A stretch of DNA of 64,000 nucleotides from the human T2T-CHM13v2.0 reference genome, Homo sapiens (GCF_009914755.1 NC_060935.1); one strand, 5' to 3'. Shown: positions 12,429-25,343, counted from the first letter of the stretch. The notes: generated by a model not told the origin, from the letters alone. Numbers and translations: made by a program.

Positions 12429-13675
12429 CTGGGGAGCAGAGAGGAAGGGGCTGGGCTCAGCTTCAGTTCACCCAGACACTCAGCCTCAGATCTGCCCACC
12501 CTTCCCAGAAATGCCTCCAGCTGTGGTCTGAGATGACACCCTCAGCTTTGATCCCCGCCGATATGAGAAGCAGCTGTGGGGAGAACATGACTGCATCTCT
12601 GGCAAAACACGGCCAGTTCTGTTACTCAACAACTCCAATCTCCAGATCCACAAACCCCTCCAAGAACCAAGAAAACATTTCTCTTAGAGGAACACGTCTG
12701 CACCCCATCTTAGGAATCGGGAACTACAAAATCCACCGTTTCCCTTTAGGCTTTGCTTACCAGGAAGCTCAGGGCTAAAAGAACACAGCTCCAAGAAAGA
12801 ACTCAGCCTAGCACCCTGGTTGTTTTGTCTCCCTTTCCCTAAACACATATGAGCTCTCACTTTAAAAACTCTGTGTCTTAATTCATCTGTTTTAAGTCTA
12901 ACCCAGCCTCTGGCCCTGCTCTGGCTCAGGAGTCATCCCCACCATGTCCCTGCCTGGGCTACCACAGCCACTGCCTCACTGGCCTGCTCACCTCTGGGTT
13001 CTACCCTCGGTCCCACTGCCCGACGCTGCACCCAGAGTGAGCCCTCGAAGACTCAAGCCTGCACCACACTCTGCCTAAATGCCACCCCCACCCCCGCCAG
13101 TGGTTCCCCACTGACCTCTGTGTCGAGGTCAGTTTCCCTGGCGTGACCTACAAGCCTCTTCTGAGATTCTGCTTCTCACTCCCTTTCCTGTGCTGACTTC
13201 CAGCACTCCTGGCTTCTCCCCTCACATTCCACTGTAACAATCTGTGCTTCTCTTGCATATCTCTGGACCTTTGCCTAAACCGTTCCCTCTGCCTAGAAGT
13301 CATCCCCCTCCTCTATGCTTGGTGAATTCTCCCACATTTCCTAAGACTCAGATCCCCTGGGCTCTTCACTGCCACCACAGCACTGATCACACTGGGCTAT
13401 AACTGGCCACTTCTGAGTCTGTTTTCCTGTCCACATGAGGGGTGCCCCAAGGGCAGGGTCTGTGTCCTGTCTGTCCCTAGCATCCCTGGCTTGGGGCTGG
13501 ACTAACAGTAGGTGCTAGGAAGGGTTTATTGAATAAACTAGCAAATGAATTAAAAGCAACTCAAAATCTCCTTGAAGCAAGGGGTGGGTTGAATAGCACA
13601 GAAGCCAATGTCCCCATTCTCCATAATGGAAGCCTCCAGGGACCCACCCCACACCCCACACTCTGCACCTGGTAC

Positions 13676-13739
13676 CTGCACAAACAGAAAGGTAGCGAAC
13701 CACTCCCGGAGCTCCATCTGTGTGTCACAGCAGAGGTAC
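13676..13739 (-). CDS. ARAP1: ARAP1 exon 33 (PH5: YLCCDTQMELREWFATFLFVQ)
   Basis: AG/GT, 64 nt. Confidence 0.93.
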
Positions 13740-13924
13740 CTGCAGGGTTGGACGCGGACCCACATGATGCCAAAGGCCTGACTGAGCAGGGAACACCGTG
13801 TCTGCCTTCCCAGCCCAGGGTCTGCTAGTGGTCACAGATCTGGGCAGTGATGAGGGACACAATGAAGGGGGACGTGCCACCATCTTTCCTCAGCCTGGGA
13901 TCTCAGGATGAGGCGCTCACTCAC

Positions 13925-13975
13925 CACTGCTGCTTCTCATGTTTCTCTGTCTCATGCACCACTGTGAAGCCCCAG
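13925..13975 (-). CDS. ARAP1: ARAP1 exon 32 (WGFTVVHETEKHEKQQ)
   Basis: TAG/GTGAG, 51 nt. Confidence 0.93.
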
Positions 13976-14232
13976 CTACAGAGGAAGAAGGGAGAGAGTT
14001 GGGTGTTTGACAGGCCATAGAGGCTCAACACCCCAGTTCCCAGGACAGAGCCCAGAAGCCACAGCCAGAGCCAGAGCCAGAGTTCAGAGCCTTCTCACAA
14101 GAGTGGCACATCCTGGCCTCTTCCTGTCTCAGCCCCAACCAGCCTCCCAGGCCCTTGACACCCCTAAGCCCCAGCCCTACCCTCAGAATCTGTGATTCAG
14201 TAGGAATGGGGTGACACCTGAGAATTTGTGTT

Positions 14233-14519
14233 TTTTTGTTGTTGTTTTTTTTTGAGATAGGCTCTCACTCTGTCGCCCAGGCTGGAATGCAGTGTCGTGA
14301 CTACGGATCACTGCAGCCCAAACTTCGGGACTCAAGCGATCCTCCCGCCTCAGCCTCCTGAGTAGCGCGCCACCAAACCCAGTTAATTTTTGTATTTTTT
14401 TGTAGAGACAAGGTCTCGCCATGTTGCCCAGGCTGGTTTCGAACTCCTGGGCTCAAGCAATCCACCTGACTTGGCTTCCCCAAGTACTGAGATTACAGAT
14501 ATGAGCCACTGCACTTGGC
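14233..14519 (-). mobile_element. AluJ inserted in a MER5A-like relic
   Basis: Alu sequence; TSD GAGAATTTGTGTT at 14220-14232 and 14521-14533. Confidence 0.85.
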
Positions 14520-14690
14520 AGAGAATTTGTGTTGAAGGTGTGTCCAGGTGATGCTGCTGGTCTGGAGACCACACCATCAGAGCCCCTGCACCTATCTCTG
14601 TCAAATTAAAAACCCCAGCTGTGCCTCCCCCATCAGTTCTGGGCCCCCATAAGCCCCAGTAGCAGGCCTATCTGCCCAGTCCCAGCTTAC

Positions 14691-14773
14691 CAGGTGGGTG
14701 GCCTGAGTTTCTTCTTCACTCCCAGGTAGACTTTGAGACTCTTAATAGGCCACTCCTTCTCAGGCCGGTGACT
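14691..14773 (-). CDS. ARAP1: ARAP1 exon 31 (SHRPEKEWPIKSLKVYLGVKKKLRPPT)
   Basis: AG/GTAAG, 83 nt. Confidence 0.93.
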
Positions 14774-16667
14774 CTGAGGTAGGGCAAGGAGAAGAGGGCA
14801 CTTTAGTCTGCAGAAAGGGCACTGGGGCCGCTCTCCCGACTGGGCAGCTCCCTCTTCCAACTCCCCAGCCCTCTTTGCATCCCAGCACAGGGCGCCTCCT
14901 CCAAGAAGCCTTCCTGATAAAGCCCTCCCTGTTCACAATCTAGCCCAACCAACCTCCCAGCCCTAGGCCCCCAAGGCCTGTCTCCCTGCAGCAGTATCAG
15001 ACAGTCAACCCTCAGTCTCCGAGGCAGCCGTCCCAACTGGGACATCTGTAACAGCGAATCCCAGCACCACCCTGATGCCCTGCAAACTGGAGGACTTGAA
15101 GTATCACCCTGAATCAGATTGTATGTGGAGGGAGAACTGTACATCCTCCCCCAGCACCAAACTGGAACGAGCGGGTGTGATCAGAGAGCCTCGGTTGGCT
15201 GCCTGTGTCTATGTTCATCTCAGATTATTCATTTCTCAGCCCTCTCTGCCCCATGGAGGCTCCAGGGTTGACCGTGTGAACAGAAGGCTTGAGGGACCAG
15301 CAGTTACTAGCTCTTTGGTTCCACAAGGAGGCTAATGACTCAAGCTGAAGCAGAACAGCTGTTCAACAGACCACAGGAAGAACTTCCCAATGGTCTAGGT
15401 CAGGAAGCGAGAGACCAATGTACTGGGGAGGGACACCAGATTGCCAAAATGTTCACCTCTGGCCCCCGCCTCTGCATATGGGTCTGGGCTTGGAAGGAGC
15501 AGGCTGGCTCGGAGGCAGAGGGATGGGGGCAATGACCCCCAAGGAAGAGGCTGGTTGGAGGTCAAGCTAATGAGGCTTCCTCCTGCTCTAGGAGCCACTT
15601 GCTTGAAGCCCTACCCCTACCAGGCACCCCTGGAGTCCACAGGGGCACCAGAGTGAATGGCAGGGGAGGGGGATTCACTTACAACCGAAACTGGGGGTCA
15701 AAGACTGAGCCACCTCCCCCCTGTTCCCCACCATTGCTCCCAGCCACCACCAGGCATGGCTCCTCAGCAGGGGCCAGAGAAAGGACAGCCAGGGGAAGGG
15801 GAAGTTTTGGGAACTGGTGGACTTCCTGTGATATCACAAAAGGATGGGCTGCTTAGGGACTGGAGAAGACCTCTGTGCTCTCACAGGGGGTGTGGCTTAG
15901 GAGGGCCTTAGTAAGGACTTTTCACTCTGCTTTTACCCCGATACCTGCTGATTGGAAAGCCTCATGTCTTCTACAGACAGCACCTAACCTGATGATGGCC
16001 ATGTGCCCAGGAGGGCCTGGAACCAACTGGGCTGCAGGCATGGAACAATCAGGGCTGCAGACAGGGAGGAAATTAGGCAGGCGGGAGGAAATCAGGCTTC
16101 GGACATGGAAGAAACAAGATGTGGGGGAATATAAGGAAGAAACCTGTAGGCACACACAGAAGAAGCAAGGCTGGGAGCACTAGAGCAATCGGCCTGCAAA
16201 CTGGAAGACAGCTGATGGCAGAAATGGAAAGACTGAGACAGAGGCTATAAAAGAGATTCGGCTGCAGGCATGGAAAACACAAGGTTCTGGGCATGAGGAA
16301 GGATGTGGGGGAAACTGGACTCCAGGTACAGGAGGAATCGGCTGAGGGGATGGAAAACAGGCTGTGGGTTTGGAAGAAGTCAGGCTGTGGGTGGGAGGGG
16401 AACAGAACTAGAAGCAAGCAGTCAAGTGAGTTGAGGGTGGACGGGACAGGCCCAGTCAGGCGCAGAGGCAACTGCAGGAATCAAGACATTCAAACCAGGC
16501 TGTGGCTCCAAGAATGAAAACACAACCCTCAGGCCTCCGATTCCTTGGGGTCTGATGTGCATGACATGTGTGTGATGTAAGGGTGGCTGAGTCAGAAAGT
16601 CTGCAGAAGTGGGTCTTGGGAGGGAAGGATGTCAGTCAATGCAATCTCCTTTTGAGAATGAATCCCC

Positions 16668-17003
<336 letters not shown>

Positions 17004-18022
17004 TAAGGATCTCTGCTGGAACCAAGATCTTTCTAGCATGTGCCTTTTCCAGGTGCCTCAGGGTCTTTAACAAGAGGAGACCCCCAGGATAAGGCACAAG
17101 TGGACATATATCCTACTGAATCACCTGAGATTGTCCCAATTTCAAATATTCTGTCCTACTGCCGCATAAACCAACAAATGCCAGAGTTGATAACCCCGTG
17201 GTAACCAGCTCACATCTGCTCAGGGCCTCTGCCAGGCCAGAGGTGTTGGCTGTCTCTGGGGTGTGAAGAGCACCACCTACCCTGTGCTGAGCACCCCTCC
17301 CTGCTGAGTCCTCAAGTCTGAGACTTCCAGGAATACAAGCTTGCGTTTCCACACTAAGAAACCTGGGTGCAAGTCCCAGTCTACACTTATAGATGGCCTT
17401 GGGCAAGTCACACAAAGCCTGTTTTCTCACCTGGAAGTGGGGACAGCCCTCTTCCTCAGAGAACAGTAGTAAGGATTCCATGTCTCAGTATGTGAAGGGC
17501 CAGCACTAAGCCAGGTTCCTTAGGGAACATTAGATCTCATCCCTTTTTCTAGCTCTCCTGCCTCCTTCCTTCCATGCCCGGGGATCCACACGTCCCTTTC
17601 CAGGTACCTCAGCCATCTTCCCTCCCTTCTGCCCACAGTGAGGGTTCTAAACACTCCTAGAGGGAGGCGGCCAGGGAAATAGCATCCCAGAACCAAGGGG
17701 GATTGACTGGATGGGCAGATAGGCTCAGAAGTGAGGATGTGATCACAGAAGAGGGCAAAGGAGAGAAGAGACGGTGTTTCCCACAGGGTTAGCAGGAGCC
17801 CAGGATGCATTAGAGGAGGCACAAAATGCAAAGAGAAGGAGATGAGGTCCTGCTCTATCTGCTCTGCTCCTGCCATGGCAGCCAAGCCTGTTCAGATGAC
17901 CTCAGGAAATGCAAGGGGCAGGAAGAGGCTGAAGACACTGGGGATGGGGTGGTGGGTAGCTGTGGGAGCTCAGGCTAGACCACCGGGCTTGGAACCATGT
18001 CTCTGTTGCCCATCCTGCAGGG

Positions 18023-18320
18023 CAGCAGTCCCCAGTCTTTTTGGTACCAGGGACCAGTTCTGTGGACAACAATTTTTCCATGGGTGGGGGGATGGTTTCG
18101 GGATAAAACTGTAAAACCTCAGATGTTCAGACATTAGATTCTCATAAGAAGCGCACAACCTAGATCCCTCGCTTGCACAGTTCACAGTAGGGTTCGCACT
18201 CTTACGAGAATCTAACGCCGCTGCTGACCTAACAGGAGGCAGAGCTCAGGCAGTAATGCTCACTCGCCCGATGTTCACCTCCTGTTGCACGGCCCTGTTC
18301 CCAACAGTTGGGGACCCCTG
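18023..18320 (+). mobile_element. MER1B-like hAT (Charlie) non-autonomous transposon
   Basis: Ends CAGCAGTCCCC...GGGGACCCCTG; 8-bp TSD CTGCAGGG at 18015-18022 and 18321-18328. Confidence 0.85.
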
Positions 18321-18988
18321 CTGCAGGGCATCTATGCTCTGTAGCCCCCAAGGCATAGCTGGGACCCATGGGGGCATCATGAGATGCAGATTCTCAGCAG
18401 AACCTGAGCAAGGACCTTTTCCAGACAGAAGTATCCCCCTAGGAACAGGGCAGCCCCAAGGGCGGAGGGATGAGCTCTCTCTCCTAGGAGTGTGCAGAGT
18501 GGAAATAGCCAGCCAGGAAGCCTCAGAGAGACTGCTACCCCAGGTGGGGGTATCCCACAAGCCTCTCTCGTCCCACCCCGGCATGTTAGGATCAGGGCAG
18601 TAGCAAGAACATTCTGACAGTCCTGGAACACTGTCCAGGGTTGGAAATAAGGTGGCTCCAGGGATGACAGGAGATGAAGATCAGGGCTCTAATTCAAACC
18701 TAGGTGCCATCATTACTGGCTCTTTAACTTCTACACTAAGTCCTTTGGAAAATTCTAGAGCATTGCACTGATAAGGAACCCTATATTGGGGAAAGGACCC
18801 TGGGACAGGATTAGGGATAAAGGGGAGGAGCTTAGGCCCCAGGATAGGGGCCAGTGCCAACGGGCAAGGGGGCAGGGATCCATGCCTGGAGATGGCCAGG
18901 AGCCCTGGCTGTCTCCCCATGCTCCCACCCAGCTCATTTGGCCCCCAGGTGGTGTAAGGCAGCTGGCAGTCAGCCCACAGCTACTCAC

Positions 18989-19021
18989 GGTCTCAGGGGC
19001 CCCGCTCCACGGCCTCTGGCT
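18989..19021 (-). CDS. ARAP1: ARAP1 exon 30, 33-nt in-frame cassette microexon (SQRPWSGAPET) within PH5
   Basis: CAG|AGC...ACC|GTGAGT, phase 0-0; needed to reach 1450 aa. Confidence 0.9.
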
Positions 19022-19560
19022 CTGTTTGATAGAGGATCAGGGTTATGGAAGAAGTCCCAGGTCTAGAGCCAGGACAGCATGTGCAGTGATGTGTGGGGTT
19101 GGGGTGTGTGTATGGCATGTATGTGCAGAAGGTGGAGGGTGTCAAATGGAGTCTGGGTTGGGAGAACACCTGCATGTGGACAGAATGAGGGAGGAGGGTG
19201 GCCCGGGAGGCATATGACATACGATATGACAAGGCATGCATGCACAACTTGGGGCTGTCATCAAGTAACAGGTTCCTGTGGATGCAGTGATAAGGCACAG
19301 GCACAGTGAGACAGAGCATGGGCATGGAGTGGTGTGATGGCATCCGGGTGCCAGGGCTTAGTGGGGCTACAGGGCACACTAGAGTGGCCGTCCAGGGCCA
19401 CAGCAGGAGGGGTCTTGAGAGTCTACAGTTCTCCCCCACTGCTGTGCCATCCTGAGAGCCTGTAACGGGAATATTTCCACTTGCAGACCAAGGGGAATCT
19501 CTGAGCACATTCAGGTGTACAGGTGCCCACCCTGGGGCAGAACCCAGCGGGGCCACTTAC

Positions 19561-19706
19561 CCGGACCTCCTTGTAGAGCCGCAAGCAGCTGCTGTTGAGG
19601 ATGAAGTAGCGATCGTGGAAGCCACCTGAGGGCAGGCCCAGGCCCAGGAGGCTGCGGTCCTCACGGAACTTCATCATGCCATGCTTGGTGTCACCGACAC
19701 GGCTGG
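19561..19706 (-). CDS. ARAP1: ARAP1 exon 29 (SRVGDTKHGMMKF...YKEVR)
   Basis: AG/GTAAG, 146 nt. Confidence 0.93.
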
Positions 19707-19927
19707 CTGGGGGGTGGGACTGGAGTGGGCACAGGCTGCACCAACCCCTACCCGGGGCTGGGTCCCAGGATGAAGGAAGCTGCCCCATCCTGCCCCAGCC
19801 TCTCCATAGAGGCCCACCCACTTGGCGCCCTCTGTCTGAGCTGTTCCTACCTGGCACCACCAGGTCCCACCCTGGCTCTGGAAGAGAGGACCACCCGGAG
19901 CCTGGCCACCCTGCAGGCACCACCTAC

Positions 19928-20041
19928 CCAGGTACAGCAGCATGGCCTCCATGGCCTGGTGCTTCTTCACCACCAGGTGGCTGTCCGTGCCCAGCCCGTG
20001 CAGGATGGGCAGCACCTTCTCCGCAAAGTGCAGGGGGCGCT
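19928..20041 (-). CDS. ARAP1: ARAP1 exon 28 (RA domain: RPLHFAEKV...MLLYL)
   Basis: AG/GT, 114 nt. Confidence 0.93.
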
Positions 20042-21215
20042 CTGGGGAGAGGTCACACCTACCGTCACTGGGACCACATGGCCCGATACCACCAAAGGCT
20101 GGCAGATGGGCACATATCACCTACACATCCCCTGTCCACTCCAACCATCTGCAAGTGCCACGACACAAAACACCACCATCATGACCACCCTTCCCATGAC
20201 CAAGCTTCAGGCTTGACACACCTGGCTGTGACCAAAGCTGCTCAAATTCAACATGTGCAAAACCATGCCCATGATCTCCACCCCCTGCCTCCCATCCCAC
20301 CCTCCCTGTGGCCCCCATCAGGGAAACACCACCACCACCCGCCAGGCTGCTCAACTCAGAAACAAACCCCTCCTCCCTCTCCCAATCCACACGTCGAATC
20401 TCTCTGCTCTGTCCATCTCCACTGCTGCCACCCCAGCCCACATTACCGCCTTCTCCTTGGACGAAACCATGGCCTTCAAAGTGTGCTCTAATTTCCCTCT
20501 CCCCACCCATCAGCGAGTAGCAATCTTCTTAAACTGCCATTCACTAGCCCTCCGATGGTCTTGCATTGCTGCTAGGCCCTGCATGGCTGCCTCTGCCTCG
20601 ATCTCCAGCCCCACCCATGTCACCACCCCCTCACTGCCCTTGTCTCCTTGAAAGGGCTGTGCCTCTGCCCACCACAGGGCTTTTGCCTTCTTCACCAAGT
20701 AACCCCTACTCTTCCTTCCCATCCTGGCTCAGGGAAGACCTGGCAATGCCAAGGGTCTTTCCTCCACAGCAGTTAATGCATCTGTAGTTGAACATTTATT
20801 GGTATGATCATTAGACTAATGCCTCCGTCCCACACCAGACTAACCCCCACGAGGATAGGGACTGTGTGTGTGGCTCCCTAGCCCAGTGCCTGGCACTCAA
20901 CAAATATAGTAAAACAAATGAACAGATACAGCCTCATCCTCCACTGCCATCAAGACCACCTTTACCATAAAATACATTTCTCACCTCAACCATCACCACT
21001 GTCACTGACATCTTCTATCAGCCACATGACAGCCATAACCTCAATCCCTGCCAGCACCCTATCACCACCATCACAGAGATCAGTGTGACAGCAACATGTC
21101 ATCAAAGCCCTTTTCACCACCCATCCTCATGTGCAGGGTAGGGGAGGACAGACTGGGGCTACAGCTGAGACAAGACAAGCCATACCACACCCTGCACAAG
21201 CCCAGCGTCACCCAC

Positions 21216-21333
21216 CTGCCTCCTCCCTCTCGTTGACCTCAAAGCAGGTCCAATAGTCCTTCTCCCTGATGCCCACGTTCCGGCGATCCAGGATCTCCAG
21301 GGTGAGCTCCTCAGCAGTCATGGATGCTGGGAC
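21216..21333 (-). CDS. ARAP1: ARAP1 exon 27 (RA domain: VPASMTAEEL...EREEA)
   Basis: AG/GT, 118 nt. Confidence 0.93.
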
Positions 21334-21622
21334 CTGCAAGGACCAAGGAGGAGATTAGCCTGCCTGTGCCTAGCCCCTGCTCTGCCACAACCTTGCTATG
21401 TGACTCAGAGCCTGAGCCCATCCTTCTCAGGCCCTTCTGGAGTCCTGGGATAGAGAGGGGTATTTCTGAGTGGTCCTTAGGAGCAGACCCCAGCACCAGC
21501 CAGATACAGGTCCCAAACTGGTCCTCTCCTCGGGGTAGAAGCACTGCTCCCCTGGCCATCTGAGCCTGTACCTGGCCCAGCCTGATTCTCTAGCCCCTTG
21601 GCTTCTAGGTCCCAGCACCTAC

Positions 21623-21691
21623 CTTGATATGCTGCTCAGTCTCTGCCTTCTTCTCTTCCAGATACACTGTGCAGATGAAGTCACCGGCATG
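21623..21691 (-). CDS. ARAP1: ARAP1 exon 26 (HAGDFICTVYLEEKKAETEQHIK)
   Basis: AG/GT, 69 nt. Confidence 0.93.
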
Positions 21692-21777
21692 CTGCAGGGA
21701 GACAGGGCTCAGCTGGGGGCCTAGGAAATGGGTGCAGGTGGCAGGTCCAAGCCCCCCACCCAGGCTCCAGCCTTCAC

Positions 21778-21864
21778 CTGGGTCCCACTGGCAGTGCCAG
21801 CCACGCGCATCTTCACAATGGCAGTGATCTCCTCCCGCTGCTTCCTGAGCTCTTCCTCATCCAC
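21778..21864 (-). CDS. ARAP1: ARAP1 exon 25 (VDEEELRKQ...GTQ)
   Basis: AG/GT, 87 nt. Confidence 0.93.
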
Positions 21865-21953
21865 CTGGGAAGGGGCGAGAGGCAGGGACAGGTGGTCACC
21901 GTCATCTGCAAGGATCACCCCTGCCCTCCACTGCCCACTGGCCAGGGACGCAC

Positions 21954-22101
21954 ACTAAACACCACCACATAGTGGTTAATGAGGTCTTCCACCACACGGC
22001 CAGCCTTGTAGTCCTGCCCATCTGTCTGGAAGAGCGTGGGCCCAAACACAATTGCCAGGTTGTGCACGTTCATCTGGTTCGTGTCTGAGAAGCACTGAAC
22101 A
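21954..22101 (-). CDS. ARAP1: ARAP1 exon 24 (RhoGAP: NQMNVHNLAIVFGPTLF)
   Basis: AG/GT, 148 nt; RhoGAP signature. Confidence 0.95.
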
Positions 22102-22328
22102 CTGGAGAGGGGAGGAGGAGGGCTTTGAGTGAGGAGTCAGGCCAGAGCTTCCCATCTCACCCTATTAATTTCTGACAGGTCCAAGACTGGTCTGGTCAGA
22201 GGGGACCACTGTTTAACAGGGTAGGAACAGTTTTTCTGGCCATATCTTGGGTCCTGGTAGGAGCAGGACTGGGAAGCTGGGAGATCCAGACAAGGTACCC
22301 TGGCCCCAGTTGGAAAAATCCTCTACAA

Positions 22329-22635
22329 CAGTGGTCCCCAACAGTTCTGGCAGAAGGGATTGGTTTCATGGAAGACAATTTTTCCAAGGACAGGGTCGGG
22401 GGGCAGGGGATGGTTTCAGAGGCATTAGATTCTCATAAGGAGCGCGCCACCTCCCATGCACGGTTCACAATAGAGTTCCGATCCTTTGAGAATCTAATGC
22501 CGCGGCTGATCTGACAGGAGGCAGAGCTCAGGCAGTAACACTTGTTCACCCACCACTCACCTCCTGCTGTGCAGCCTGGTTCCTAACAGGCCACGAACCT
22601 GTACTGGTCTGTGGCCTGGGGACTGGGGAACCCTG
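22329..22635 (+). mobile_element. MER1B-like hAT transposon (second copy)
   Basis: Similar to 18023-18320; perfect 8-bp TSD CTCTACAA at 22321-22328 and 22636-22643. Confidence 0.85.
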
Positions 22636-22784
22636 CTCTACAAATATCCAATGTTAGGGCAGATCACAGTCAGCACTTGGTGCAAAAGCCCAGCTGGCTC
22701 CCAGAGGAGGGTAGTCAGCCAGGGTGGGGGTAGAAGAACCTTCATCCCATCCCCCCAGAATCTCACAATGGTATCGTCCCTCAC

Positions 22785-22890
22785 CAGTACAGGTGGCTGA
22801 TAAGGGCCTTCACTGTGGCCCGGTTGACAGGGGGCAGCCGCACCAGCAGCTCTCGGTACCTGGAGACCTTCTCCTCCTCGTCCTCAATCT
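22785..22890 (-). CDS. ARAP1: ARAP1 exon 23 (RhoGAP: IEDEEEKVSRY...LISHLY)
   Basis: AG/GT, 106 nt. Confidence 0.94.
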
Positions 22891-23218
22891 CTGGGTGGGA
22901 AAGATAAATCAAGTCAGAAACCCCCTGTAACTATCTTCCCCCCACCCCGCCTGGGCTGCTGTGCCTCTCATGGTGGGTGACAGCAGTCCCTGTGCCCTCC
23001 AAGTCAATGCAGGCCAGGCATTCAACCAGGGTAAGGAACTCTCGGTCTTCCAGGGCCCCTGGCTCTGTATGGAGTGGCGATGGGAATGAGAAGCAGAGGC
23101 AGGCAACTGGAGCCTGTGGGTTAGGGTAAGCCTAGTGCAAGTGCCACAAGGGAAGGGCGCAGGAGTCCGGAGGGATGGGTGGAGGAGGAGGAGGCTGGGC
23201 ACGGGCTGCAGGGCCCAC

Positions 23219-23431
23219 CTGAGGCCTCCAGCCAGGTTAGGCGCTCGGCGCGAGTGAAGAGCCCATCAGGCAGGTCGCGCAGGAAGCGCTTGAGCGCCGA
23301 GGAAACATCATCCACGTGCTGCTCGCCCTCCTTGAGGTGCACAGAGCGCGCATCCTGCCGCAGGCTCTCCAGCAGCCGCTGTGTCTTCGATGTCTGCCCA
23401 CACTTGCGGTAGATGCCCTCGGAGGTCAGGC
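23219..23431 (-). CDS. ARAP1: ARAP1 exon 22 (RhoGAP arginine finger EGIYRKCG)
   Basis: TAG/GT, 213 nt. Confidence 0.95.
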
Positions 23432-23558
23432 CTAGGGAGGGGCGGGGCCAAGCGTTCGGGGCCTGAGGCATAGAGTCATGGGGCGGGGCCGCGCAGCTCT
23501 GGGGCGGGAGGCGGCTCTCCGGGAGGGGCGGGGCTGGCACCCTAGGGGCAGGGCTCAC

Positions 23559-23722
23559 CGCACTGCGTGATGTAGTCCACACAGCGGTACACGATCACCG
23601 GGATATCCGAGTCCCCAAGCTGCTGCTCCGACAGCGTGTCCCCCATGCTGGCGGCTGCTTTCTGGATGGCCCCCAGCCAACCCATGAAGTCCAGCCGCCG
23701 CTCGCCCTGTATGTACAGTGTC
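23559..23722 (-). CDS. ARAP1: ARAP1 exon 21 (PH4 end / RhoGAP start)
   Basis: AG/GT, 164 nt. Confidence 0.94.
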
Positions 23723-23833
23723 CTGGGCCAGGGACAGTCAGTCACTGAGGGGCCTACACCTATCCCACCCTGTCCCCAGGCCCATCAGACTGCTCCAGCC
23801 TTCTCAGAGCCCCTCAGGGAGGCCGTGGCTCAC

Positions 23834-23885
23834 CTCCTTCGCTCCACCAGCACCAGCACCTGGTTCTCACTGTCCCCCTGGATGG
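23834..23885 (-). CDS. ARAP1: ARAP1 exon 20 (IQGDSENQVLVLVERR)
   Basis: AG/GT, 52 nt. Confidence 0.93.
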
Positions 23886-24146
23886 CTGTGGAGGGGTTAG
23901 TCAAGGTGAGGCCCAGGTCTTGCTCCTGATCCCCAACCTGCTCCCTCCCTCTGTGAGCACACACACACCCTTGAGACCCGCCCACCAATGTATGGGGTGG
24001 CTGAGATGCACCCCAAGGACATGAGAGGGCAGGATGGCGGCTCTGGCCAGGCCAGGCAGAGTTCAGATTTCCAGGCAAGGGCTGGGGGCCTGGGAGCCCA
24101 GGATAGGGTGCCCTGGAGGCTGGGGGCCCAGGTCTGGTCCACGCAC

Positions 24147-24342
24147 AAAGCTCCTGCAGTTTCCGTAGTTGCAGCGGCTCTTCGCAGGGCCCCTCCGGGA
24201 AGACAGCACGGAGCTCCGAGCCACTGAGAGAGAACCAGCCCTCCTGGGCCCGCTGTAGGCTCAGGCCAGCTTTGTAGGGTAGGCGTCCCAGCCGCTCAAA
24301 ATCCCGGGCCAGCAGATCCTCGGCTAGGGGAGGCACGAATGC
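24147..24342 (-). CDS. ARAP1: ARAP1 exon 19 (AFVPPLAEDLL...RKLQEL)
   Basis: AG/GT, 196 nt. Confidence 0.93.
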
Positions 24343-25240
24343 CTGGCAGAGAGGCGCCGGGGGAGACAGCATCAGCCAATGGCACTGCCTGCCCCAATGC
24401 CCCAGCTCCTTGGCTTACAGGCACATGCCCTCTTCCCACCCAGCTGCCTTCTCTTCTCTTCCCCAAGGCAGAACCAAGCCCAGTGATGGAACTTGGGTAC
24501 CATGCCCCACTTCATACCCACTCAGATGTGCCCGCCTCTGGAAAGCCTTCCCAGACACCTTCTGGAGGGCCCTTCTCTGGGCCCCCACAGCACCAAAGCA
24601 TTCTTGCCCTCTGTTGTGGCACTGGTTACACTGCTGCTGCCGCCTGAACTACACCCGCAGGGGAGCTGTCTCCCCCACCCACATGGGTGCTACTGAAGAG
24701 CTAGGACTAAGCCTGGTTCATCTGGGTCCCAGGTCTCCGAGGGCTGACTCTCAGGAGGCGCACAAGACAACTGATCAACGGAGAAGTGAATGATAAAAAG
24801 TCACAGGCTCTCACAGCACAGGGGACCCCACAGGCACCTGGCTCTAGTCCCCGAGGCAGAGCTCTCCCGGTGGCCTCCCTGCCTCTTCCCTCCAGCCTCT
24901 GCTTGCTCGCCTCCAGGAACGAGGAGCACACCCCCTCTGGAGGCCGCACTGTCCATCCTAAGATGGCTCTGACTGTCATTCACTGTTAAACACTTATTGA
25001 GCACCTATGGAGTGCAAGGCCCACAGCCCTTCTTCTGCAGAGCTAGGATAGGTCTGACCAACTCCGCAGAGGGCTGCAGATTACAGTAGGCTCTTGGTGG
25101 GACAGGCCCGCTCCATGTCTGCTGCCCTGCATCTAGCTTCTGCTCTCTAGACGGGGGAGCTGGGATACATGGGATTGGCCAGGAGGCCCCACCTTCCCCA
25201 GTCAGACACCCTTACACCCACCCTGCTACCCCAGGCTCAC

Positions 25241-25343
25241 CTTAGCAATACACTTGACCCACTCATGAGCCTGCTCCGCACTCTCCAGCCCAAACAGGTA
25301 CAGCCGTTCTCCCTCCGTGTACACCTCAAAGGTGTGCTCAAAG
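25241..25343 (-). CDS. ARAP1: ARAP1 exon 18 (PH3: FEHTFEVY...WVKCIAK)
   Basis: AG/GT, 103 nt. Confidence 0.94.

Noticed and set aside
19676-20491. 271-aa His/Pro-rich plus-strand ORF
   Set aside because: Antisense shadow of ARAP1 exons plus CAC-rich low complexity.
18023-22635. Two similar 300-bp segments as a local duplication
   Set aside because: Each has its own distinct 8-bp TSD, so they are independent MER1B-type insertions.
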